Shown: one piece after another, positions 49,699-57,437 of the stretch
Layout of the letters: every line of letters starts with the position of its first letter
Numbering within the stretch: position 1 is the first letter of the stretch
Source: a virus
Strand: one strand, 5' to 3'
IMG/VR virus record: IMGVR_UViG_3300032334_001923
Coordinates: 63,288 to 127,287 of that record
Length of the DNA stretch: 64,000 nucleotides
Notes under the pieces: generated by a model
Told to the model about the DNA's origin: nothing
Database searches by the model: none
Seen by the model: only the letters and a program-made list of their open reading frames with translations
Program-made: the position numbers and the translations under genes

Positions 49699-50247
49699 AT
49701 GATTTTAAACCCGAAAGCTAATAGTTTTTACTTTAATTTCCCTAAAGGATTCTTTAGCGAGAGAGTAACTCAAAAGTATGAAAAATACATCAAAAGACAG
49801 CCAATACCTTTTGATAATGTGCAGCAGTATGTAAACAGCACAATTCAATCTGTAGGGTTTCCTAGTATATCTATAGACACAGTTGAACAAGTTAGACTAC
49901 TAGGTAAGAAGATAAATTATAAAAGTTCAACCCCTATTCAGGATTTATTCTCAAGGGATTTCTCTATTAACTTTAAAATGGCGGACGGGTTCGTGAATTA
50001 CTTCATACTTTTAGACACCGTCTTAGATTTTCTTAATTTTGAGAACCCCCAGTTATTTATACAGGATTTGCCTCTAAGAATAATGGACAATGAGGGGAAC
50101 GTCCTCTTTTCATTGACCTTCCAGGAGGTAATTTTCAGCTCCCTGAATAACATAGATCTATCTTATACTAACAATAGTCCAAACTTTACCGCATTCACAC
50201 TAGGATTTAGATGTAACTACATAGACATAGTTACGGAGATAAAGTAA
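49699..50247 (+). CDS. Tail-tube-fold protein (tube/terminator-like)
   Basis: 182 aa; YVNSTIQSVGFP...FSINF...LPLRIMD...FTLGF layout resembles gp19/gp3-type proteins. Confidence 0.5.
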   Translation: MILNPKANSFYFNFPKGFFSERVTQKYEKYIKRQPIPFDNVQQYVNSTIQSVGFPSISIDTVEQVRLLGKKINYKSSTPIQDLFSRDFSINFKMADGFVNYFILLDTVLDFLNFENPQLFIQDLPLRIMDNEGNVLFSLTFQEVIFSSLNNIDLSYTNNSPNFTAFTLGFRCNYIDIVTEIK

Positions 50248-50248
50248 A

Positions 50249-50256
50249 GATATATA
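50249..50256 (+). promoter_or_regulatory. Candidate late promoter GATATATA
   Basis: 21 nt before ATG 50278. Confidence 0.55.
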
Positions 50257-50277
50257 AACTAAACAAATTAGAAAAAT

Positions 50278-50508
50278 ATGAAAAGCTTCACTCAGAAAGT
50301 AAACGAAATGAAATACGCACAGCCTCTAGGAGGTCAAAAAGACCAAATGAAGAACCTTTTGGTTGCTGCTGCTGGAAACGATCAAAGAGTATTAAACGAT
50401 TTGGTAAACTGCTTAACTGACGACCAAATGGAGAAATGCTTCCAAAAGCTTTCTAAAGTTTATGGATACACTGGATCTTTTGGTCAGATCGTTCACCCTT
50501 CAATGTAA
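50278..50508 (+). CDS. Small hypothetical protein with capsid-targeting-like N-terminus
   Basis: Starts MKSFTQKVNE, compared with the T4 internal-protein signal MKTYQEFIAE. Confidence 0.55.
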   Translation: MKSFTQKVNEMKYAQPLGGQKDQMKNLLVAAAGNDQRVLNDLVNCLTDDQMEKCFQKLSKVYGYTGSFGQIVHPSM

Positions 50509-50512
50509 TTTC

Positions 50513-51232
50513 ATGTCAGAAGACAAAAATTTTGTAGGTATAGACTTTTCGATAAACTCACCAGCCTTTTGCTGTTTTAAAGACGGCAAATATATCTGGG
50601 GATCGTTAACTAGATCCGATCGAACAAGCGAATCTCTAACAAAAAATTCAAAAAAACCGTTTTCTGTTCTAAGCACAGAAACCGATTTTCACCTGCATTT
50701 CTTGGATAAGAAGGAACTTCCCGAGGACTACACCGGAAGGGAGAGAACCAAGATAGTTTATTTTAACGAGATTGCAGAGAAACTATGGAATAGCATCTTA
50801 GAGATAATGGGTGATTCTGAGTTCTTTGTAGCAATGGAGGGACTAAGCTTCTCTTCAAACGGAAATGCCCTAATAGACATCTCTATGGCAACTGCTCTTT
50901 TAAGAAAAAAGATTATAGATAGAGTGAGTGTCGATAACTTTTATGTTTTTTCGCCAACCTCTATTAAAAAGTTTGCTCTAAAGGGGAATGCTAAAAAGGA
51001 CGAGCTTTACGAAGCTCTTTGCAAAGTAAGCGACGGAACAAATCTGAAGAACTTTACTAATATATTAGAGTTCAACAAATCTGAATGGATAACTCCAAAA
51101 AAGGTTGTTAACAAACCAATTGATGATATTGTGGACGCAACTTGGATAACTTTATATTTAAAGGAAGAATTAAAGGGAAAATTAAAGGAAATTTATGGAA
51201 TTAAAGGAAATTTTGAATCGACATCTGCTTGA
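50513..51232 (+). CDS. ruvC: RuvC-like Holliday junction resolvase
   Basis: FVGIDFS, AMEGLSF, PTSIKK, AKKDEL and DDIVDA acidic motifs; start moved to ATG 50513 to avoid overlap. Confidence 0.8.
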   Translation: MSEDKNFVGIDFSINSPAFCCFKDGKYIWGSLTRSDRTSESLTKNSKKPFSVLSTETDFHLHFLDKKELPEDYTGRERTKIVYFNEIAEKLWNSILEIMGDSEFFVAMEGLSFSSNGNALIDISMATALLRKKIIDRVSVDNFYVFSPTSIKKFALKGNAKKDELYEALCKVSDGTNLKNFTNILEFNKSEWITPKKVVNKPIDDIVDATWITLYLKEELKGKLKEIYGIKGNFESTSA

Positions 51233-51458
51233 GACCTCTGAAATATCAAATGACTTTTCTACAAACGAGGAGTATCTAAACTCCGTAACAGAGGCGGCCG
51301 AAATAATCATTACAGCTTTACAGTCTAACAATAAAATAATCACTGCGGGGAACGGCGGGTCCATGTGTGATGCTATGCACTTTGCTAGCGAACTTAGTGG
51401 AAACTATAGAGATGATAGAAGTCCTTTACCTACTATTGATATATCCAATTCATCTTAG
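51195..51458 (+). pseudogene. gmhA: Truncated phosphoheptose isomerase (GmhA N-terminal half)
   Basis: KIITAGNGGSMCDAMHFASELSGNYRDDRSPLP is a clear GmhA/SIS motif; it stops at 87 aa and no continuation was seen downstream. Confidence 0.85.
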
Positions 51459-51550
51459 ATATGGTAGAAAAAAAATTATTTAAAATTAAACAAAATTAAG
51501 AGAAACAAAAGGAAAACAAAAACTAAAAACTAAAAATAAATTTTAAAATC

Positions 51551-52519
51551 ATGAGCAATTTAGACATTTTTAATCTCGACGCAGAAGCTTTTGTAACAAA
51601 AGCAAATCAACAAACAAGTGGTAAAGAATTAGATTTTTACAAGCCTTATCCAGAAGACGGCAAGGATGGAGTTTACAAATCTTTGGTTAGATTTGTTCCT
51701 AACCAAGTAAATCCTGCTAAGTCTAAAATCCATAAGTACTATGTGTATTTAAACGATCCAGTTTCAGGAAATGGCTTCTCAGTAGACTGTCCATCAACAG
51801 TTGGAAAGAAATCAATTTTAAAAGACCTCTTTTGGAAATTGAAAAACTCACATTCGGCTGCAGATCAAGAACTTGCTAAGAAGTTCTCAAGAAAAGAGGA
51901 CTACTATGCTTTAGTTCAAATCGTCCAAGATAAAAACAAACCTGAATTAGAAGGAAAGATTATGATCTTCAAGTTCGGTAAAAAAATCAACGATCTTATT
52001 GAAGCTCAACTTCAACCAGAATACGGAGATCCTTGCAATCCTTTTGACCTTTTCGGAGGAAGAGAATTTGCTGTTCACGTAAGAAAAGTAGGCGAATGGA
52101 ACAACTACGATCTTTGTTCTTTTGTAGGTGAAAAAGCACCAATTAAAGTAAACGGATCTCCGATGTCAAAGAATCAAGATGACATGAACAAGATTCTTGA
52201 GTATTTAAAAACCGGTCCTCAAAATCTAACGTCTTTTGATTACAAAGATTGGGATGACGAGGTAACAGATAAGGTGATGACAGTTATTAAAAACACTGTA
52301 CCTGAAGCAAGAATCGTAAACGAGATCGTAGGATCTGTATCTAGCTCTTCTTCAAATTACAGCAAGCCTGCTCCGCCTGCAAGTTCTTCAGATGATATCT
52401 ATAACGAAGTTAGCAACACTAAAGTTGGATCTGCTAAATCTGAGAGCGCTCAGTCTGCTCAGCAATCAGCTCCTTCTAAGTCTAGCTCTTCTTTAGAGGA
52501 TCTTTATAACGATCTTTAA
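51551..52519 (+). CDS. Single-stranded DNA-binding protein (T4 gp32-like)
   Basis: VRFVP, DCPST, YALVQIVQD, MIFKFGKKI, NPFDLF, NNYD motifs; acidic tail SLEDLYNDL. Confidence 0.9.
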   Translation: MSNLDIFNLDAEAFVTKANQQTSGKELDFYKPYPEDGKDGVYKSLVRFVPNQVNPAKSKIHKYYVYLNDPVSGNGFSVDCPSTVGKKSILKDLFWKLKNSHSAADQELAKKFSRKEDYYALVQIVQDKNKPELEGKIMIFKFGKKINDLIEAQLQPEYGDPCNPFDLFGGREFAVHVRKVGEWNNYDLCSFVGEKAPIKVNGSPMSKNQDDMNKILEYLKTGPQNLTSFDYKDWDDEVTDKVMTVIKNTVPEARIVNEIVGSVSSSSSNYSKPAPPASSSDDIYNEVSNTKVGSAKSESAQSAQQSAPSKSSSSLEDLYNDL

Positions 52520-52532
52520 TCACAATATAAAC

Positions 52533-52569
52533 AAGGACAGTCTTTTTAGAGGACTGTCCTTATTTTTTT
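52533..52569 (+). terminator. Intrinsic terminator
   Basis: AAGGACAGTC-loop-GACTGTCCTT followed by a T tract, after the SSB gene. Confidence 0.85.
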
Positions 52570-52572
52570 AAA

Positions 52573-53640
52573 ATGGAATTATCTAGAATAGAAGACTTAG
52601 TAAGAACAGTCCTATCAAAGGAATTTAAGGGAGACCCTGCGAGACAGATTGTCTACAAAGCGGGTAATAGACTTAATTTCTCTTGTCCTTATTGTGGGGA
52701 TTCTGTAAAAGAAGCAAAGAAGAAAAGAGGTAATTTCTATCTAGATACTTTATCTTATAAGTGCTATAATGGTGGGTGCGGGATATTTAAGGATTCAGCT
52801 TCTTTCTTTAAAGATTTTTCTGTTTATTCTAGACTCAGTGGAGATGAAAGGGAGGAGATCAGAGGTGTATTGGAAGAGAATAGAAACAAAAGAAAGGTTT
52901 CCTATGGAAAAATAGACGTGGGATTATTTTTCGAAAATGACATCACCGATATCATTATACCCCGAAGTGAATTCATTTCTCGTCTTAAGTTACAAGAGGT
53001 GGCAGGATCACAAATACAAAGATACATCCAGAGAAGATCTCAGAGGACAGATTCTAGGTTTGCTTGGGATCAGAAGTGGCAAAAACTATATCTATTTAAT
53101 CTTACTCCAGATGAAAAGATTGTAGGACTCCAGGTTAGAAATATGGAATCATTTAAAGGTTCCACTAAATACTTAACATATAAGCTGAGCGGCATTTATG
53201 AAAAAATTCTAAAAGAGACTAATCAGGAGATATTGGATAAAGCCAGAGAAGTTGATCCAATATCTAACGTCTTTGGAATAGGCTCACTTGATTTCAGCAG
53301 GGATATAACAATCTTTGAAGGCCCAATGGATTCTTGGTTATGGGAAAATTCTGTTGGTCTTTGCTCTCTAGAAAATAGATTCCCTTTTGATGTGGATAAC
53401 AAAAGATTTTGGTATGACTGGGATAAACCAGGTATACAGAAATCAATAGATCTTCTAGGAGCTGGAGAAACAGTTTTTAACTGGGGAAAATTTTTGGAAG
53501 AAAACAATATAACAAAGAATAGAAAATGGGATTTGAATGACGTTGTTATTCATCTCAGAACAACCGGTAAAAAAATAAAAAGATTCGATAACTATTTTAC
53601 AAATGATGTCCTTGACCTTAGATATTTTATTAATGAGTGA
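52573..53640 (+). CDS. DNA primase (T4 gp61-like)
   Basis: Zn finger CPYCGDS...CYNGGC; TOPRIM motifs FEGPMDS and YDWD. Confidence 0.88.
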   Translation: MELSRIEDLVRTVLSKEFKGDPARQIVYKAGNRLNFSCPYCGDSVKEAKKKRGNFYLDTLSYKCYNGGCGIFKDSASFFKDFSVYSRLSGDEREEIRGVLEENRNKRKVSYGKIDVGLFFENDITDIIIPRSEFISRLKLQEVAGSQIQRYIQRRSQRTDSRFAWDQKWQKLYLFNLTPDEKIVGLQVRNMESFKGSTKYLTYKLSGIYEKILKETNQEILDKAREVDPISNVFGIGSLDFSRDITIFEGPMDSWLWENSVGLCSLENRFPFDVDNKRFWYDWDKPGIQKSIDLLGAGETVFNWGKFLEENNITKNRKWDLNDVVIHLRTTGKKIKRFDNYFTNDVLDLRYFINE

Positions 53641-53884
53641 TCCTTCCTCCGGTTCAGATAAAACTGGAGAATGGGAGCATGAAATAGATAGAAGAAGTTC
53701 TCCAAAGAAAAAATTCCCTTTAAAGATTAGAACAGATCTTAGCGATCTGAACTCTGAGTTTAAAGATCCAGAGGTGTCGGATCCACCAAAGAGAAAATCA
53801 GAGATGAAGAAGGAAGCTAGAGTGGTGGAAACAGGCAAGAGTAAAAATAGGGGTAAATCCAAAGACAAAACAAAACTTTTTTAA
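53633..53884 (+). CDS. Small charged hypothetical protein
   Basis: Likely start ATG 53633 overlapping the primase stop; ends abutting uvsY. Confidence 0.45.
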   Translation: MSDPSSGSDKTGEWEHEIDRRSSPKKKFPLKIRTDLSDLNSEFKDPEVSDPPKRKSEMKKEARVVETGKSKNRGKSKDKTKLF

Positions 53885-54331
53885 ATGTCAACAGAAGAGA
53901 AAAAAGACTTTAATAAAATATTCGAAGGTGAAAGAAATGAATGGAAGGAGAAGATCCAGGTGATTTCTTTACAGATGAAGGATATAAAGACACTAGCAAA
54001 AGCCCAGGTGGATCTTTTTAGTCAAAGACAAATATTGCTGGAGTACAGCTATAAATTAGCATCCATAATTTCTAAACTAAACACAAAGTATAGAAGCGAA
54101 AAGTCTAGGAAGCTAAAGGATTACTCTGAAAACAACGATGTTCGATATGGATCTAACGAGAAGACTGTTTTAATAGAAGGAGATTTAAGCGAGATACTAG
54201 AAAAAATAGAATTGGTAGAAGGACATAGAAAATTTATAGATCAAACCACACAAACCGTGGATCACATGCTTTATGGTGTGAAGAGTCGCATTGCTCTTGA
54301 AGATTACCTAAGGGGCAACACAATTAAATAG
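53885..54331 (+). CDS. uvsY: Recombination mediator UvsY-like
   Basis: 148-aa helical protein (EKTVLIEGDL...HMLYGVKSRI) directly upstream of uvsW, the T4-like arrangement. Confidence 0.7.
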   Translation: MSTEEKKDFNKIFEGERNEWKEKIQVISLQMKDIKTLAKAQVDLFSQRQILLEYSYKLASIISKLNTKYRSEKSRKLKDYSENNDVRYGSNEKTVLIEGDLSEILEKIELVEGHRKFIDQTTQTVDHMLYGVKSRIALEDYLRGNTIK

Positions 54332-54343
54332 AATATATAATAA

Positions 54344-55867
54344 ATGCTTAAATTCCAAGTTTCTGAAGACCAACAATGGATGATTCTTTTAGAGTCATTA
54401 GACGAGGTCGAGAAGAAACAAATAGAAATATCTCTCACAAAGAAGATCCACAACTTCTATTTTCATCCACTGGTAAAGAAAAAACTATGGGATGGGAATA
54501 TTTGTTTTGTTGAAAAAAGGGGTGGCTACTGGAAAGTCCCAATAGGCCTCTGGAGAGAGGTTATGCAAATAGGGGAAGACTATAATATAAAGATTGAAAT
54601 AAATGGTCTTGACAACATCATCAATCCGAATTTAACCCTCGAGGAATACACTTCATGGGTTAATGACTTTTTTGCAGATTCCGATATAGAGCCAAGAGAT
54701 TACCAGATAGAAACAGCATGGAAGATTATAAAGTATAGATACTCAATTTCTGAGGTGGCAACGTCTTCTGGAAAAACCCTTATCTCCTTTATGATATTTG
54801 CTTATCTTAAATCTAAAGGACTGGTTCGTAAATTCATGATGGTTGTGCCTAGCACCAATCTTGTTTTTCAAGGAAGCGATGATTTCGATGATTATGGTCT
54901 TGCTAAGCTTGGAGTTAAGATTCAACAAATAGGTGGTGGTAATAAATTAAGGGAAGGATGTGATTTAATTATTGGAACATTCCAATCTCTAGTTAAACAA
55001 GACAAGGAATTTTTTGAAGAGATTGATGCAGTTTTTGTTGACGAAGCGCACCACACCAACTCCAATTCTATTAAGAAGATAGTTTCACATTGCATGCACT
55101 CTAAATGGAGATTCGGATTAACCGGAACTTTGACCAAAAGAGGCACTGCAGATTATCTAACCATTCAGCAATTTCTAGGACCACTCGTCGTGGAAATCCC
55201 ACCGAGCTTTCTATTTGCCAATAACTATGCAACTCCCGTTTCTATCAAGGTTGTTATTATGGACTGGTTAGAGAAAGAGTATAAAGAGAAACTAGCGGAT
55301 CTTAAATTGAACAACAACAACCTGGAGGGGAATGAAGTTTATAACATAGAAAGGAAACTTGTGATAGAGAGCAAGAAGCGTCTTAATTATGTAGTTGACT
55401 TCATCAGTAAAACATCTAAAAATTCACTGGTGTTATTCCAATCTGTAAAGGACGAATACGGAAAACAGATATGGAATTTAATCAGGGAAAAGAATAACGA
55501 CAAAGAGGTTTTCTATGTTGACGGAGAAACCGATGAGGGATTAAGAGAAGAATATAAATCTAGAATGGGAGGGGGTAACAATAAGATTCTCGTTGCAACC
55601 TACGGTACGTTCTCCACAGGTATTTCCATAAATAACCTACATAATATCTTTTTAGTTGAGTCTTACAAGAGCGAAGTTCTCATAAAACAGAGCTTGGGTA
55701 GAGGTATGAGAAAAATGGAGGGCAAGGAAAAAGTTAACGTTATTGACTTCGTGGATGACTTTTCCACTCCTAAATACCAAAACTACCTTATTAAGCACGG
55801 AAATGCCCGTATAGAGATCTATAAAAAGGAGGGCTTCGAATACCGGGTTTTTAATATAAAACTTTAA
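54344..55867 (+). CDS. uvsW: UvsW-like SF2 DNA helicase
   Basis: PRDYQ, ATSSGKT, VDEAH, GLTGT, TYGTFSTGISI, QSLGRGMR. Confidence 0.93.
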   Translation: MLKFQVSEDQQWMILLESLDEVEKKQIEISLTKKIHNFYFHPLVKKKLWDGNICFVEKRGGYWKVPIGLWREVMQIGEDYNIKIEINGLDNIINPNLTLEEYTSWVNDFFADSDIEPRDYQIETAWKIIKYRYSISEVATSSGKTLISFMIFAYLKSKGLVRKFMMVVPSTNLVFQGSDDFDDYGLAKLGVKIQQIGGGNKLREGCDLIIGTFQSLVKQDKEFFEEIDAVFVDEAHHTNSNSIKKIVSHCMHSKWRFGLTGTLTKRGTADYLTIQQFLGPLVVEIPPSFLFANNYATPVSIKVVIMDWLEKEYKEKLADLKLNNNNLEGNEVYNIERKLVIESKKRLNYVVDFISKTSKNSLVLFQSVKDEYGKQIWNLIREKNNDKEVFYVDGETDEGLREEYKSRMGGGNNKILVATYGTFSTGISINNLHNIFLVESYKSEVLIKQSLGRGMRKMEGKEKVNVIDFVDDFSTPKYQNYLIKHGNARIEIYKKEGFEYRVFNIKL

Positions 55868-55874
55868 TTTCGGG

Positions 55875-55882
55875 GATATATA
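55875..55882 (+). promoter_or_regulatory. Candidate late promoter GATATATA
   Basis: 20 nt before ATG 55903. Confidence 0.55.
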
Positions 55883-55902
55883 CATAAAAATAATTAGGTT
55901 AG

Positions 55903-56496
55903 ATGCGCATAAAAAGATTTGATGATTTTAATAGTCCCCTTAACGAGTCACGCCATTCGTCAAGAGAATACAGCTACTCTGACTATTTTGAGGGTAAAAA
56001 CAAGTTTAGCAAATGGCTAAGAGGAGTTTCTAATAACCTTAAGTGGGATGCTAAAGAATTACAGGATCAAGCTGCAGATTCGAAAAGCAATATTAGCGGT
56101 GGACAAACTGTTAGCAGTATCAGATCTATTTTTCCCACACTGGGCAGAGTTATTTTTGGTGCCGGTGCCGCTGTAGCGGACTTCTTCTCCAAAGGAGACT
56201 CTAAGGACAGCTTAAGTAAACTTTCTAAGAAGGATATAAAAACCAAAAAAGAGGAGCTCTTAGATGACTGGGAGAAGAGACAACTTAAGGGCAAAAAGAT
56301 AGAACAAACAGACGCTGAAAAGTTTTACAAATCTGGAGTGTTAAAAGGTAAAGGGTATTTCGGAAAGGAATACAATCCCCTAAATCCTAAGAATGACGAT
56401 GAAAGAGCCTATTCCGAATATCTGGGAGGTGCAATGTCAAGATACTATGATAAAATAGAAAATCCAATTTATGCTAAGAGAGAAAAAAGTTCTTAA
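55903..56496 (+). CDS. Hypothetical protein with capsid-targeting-like N-terminus
   Basis: MRIKRFDDFNSPLNE-S, then YSYSDYFE-G. Confidence 0.55.
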   Translation: MRIKRFDDFNSPLNESRHSSREYSYSDYFEGKNKFSKWLRGVSNNLKWDAKELQDQAADSKSNISGGQTVSSIRSIFPTLGRVIFGAGAAVADFFSKGDSKDSLSKLSKKDIKTKKEELLDDWEKRQLKGKKIEQTDAEKFYKSGVLKGKGYFGKEYNPLNPKNDDERAYSEYLGGAMSRYYDKIENPIYAKREKSS

Positions 56497-57409
56497 CTTC
56501 GAGGGATTCAAGAAGATGTTTGAAGGAGGGGCGGCAATAAAGTCATCCAGAAGAATCCGTGAGGATGAGTATCCAAAAACTCTAGAGCATATACAACAGG
56601 TTCTCTTTCCCATTTTAGACATAAATCCAGCAGAAAAAGGCAATGAATACCTAGTAATAGGAAGTATAGGCAAGAAGAGCGATCCTTCAGAGACATCAGG
56701 AGATTTGGATATAGGTTACAACGGTGCTTGGTTTTCTCAAAAGGAGGGAATTCAGTATAAGGAGTGCTCCAAAAAAATCATGGACATTTTACAACCTGAG
56801 CTTGCTACTGTATTGGGATTTGAACCAGAGATCAAATATATGCCAGGTCTTAATATAGTGAGTATAGGATGGCCTATAGAAGGAGATATAAACAAAGGCA
56901 CGGTCCAACTGGATCTTATTCCTTTATCAAATATCGAATGGGCCGAATTTATATACTATTCTCCAGACTATAAGAAGGGTGAGAGCAAATATAAGTCAGC
57001 TCACAGAAACTGGCTTTTCTCCGCTATTCTTTCTGCGAGAAGAAACGAACTGGAAAGGGATGAAGCGGGAGAGATCTTAGACTACGATTCTCCAGTGCTT
57101 ATTTTAAGCGATGGTCTTTTCTGGCACACTAAATCTTATAAGGGAAAGATAAAAGCTAGACTTAAACACTCTCAAAAGATTCCAGGAAGCGAAAGATTCG
57201 TAACGAACAATCCCCAGGAATTTATAGATTTCACATTGGGCAAGGGATATAAACCAGAGGACGTTAAAAGCTTCGAGGATGTGTTTAAAATCATAAATTC
57301 TCCAAGTTTTGACCTTTACGACAAACTTCCTGAAATAAAGGAAAGATATATTGAATACCTGGATCGAGTAAAATTACCGGTTCCAACTGAAATAAATCAG
57401 ATCTCTTAA
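56471..57409 (+). CDS. Pol-beta superfamily nucleotidyltransferase
   Basis: IGSIGKK...SGDLDIG (GS plus DxD) and a third Asp in VQLDLI; N-terminus VLNFEGFKKMFE-GG. Confidence 0.75.
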   Translation: MLREKKVLNFEGFKKMFEGGAAIKSSRRIREDEYPKTLEHIQQVLFPILDINPAEKGNEYLVIGSIGKKSDPSETSGDLDIGYNGAWFSQKEGIQYKECSKKIMDILQPELATVLGFEPEIKYMPGLNIVSIGWPIEGDINKGTVQLDLIPLSNIEWAEFIYYSPDYKKGESKYKSAHRNWLFSAILSARRNELERDEAGEILDYDSPVLILSDGLFWHTKSYKGKIKARLKHSQKIPGSERFVTNNPQEFIDFTLGKGYKPEDVKSFEDVFKIINSPSFDLYDKLPEIKERYIEYLDRVKLPVPTEINQIS

Positions 57410-57437
57410 AATAAAATAAAGACTAATAAAATATTGT

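Noticed and set aside
51456-51550. TAG readthrough or frameshift completing gmhA
   Set aside because: The downstream sequence is A-rich low complexity and shows no GmhA C-terminal motif by eye.
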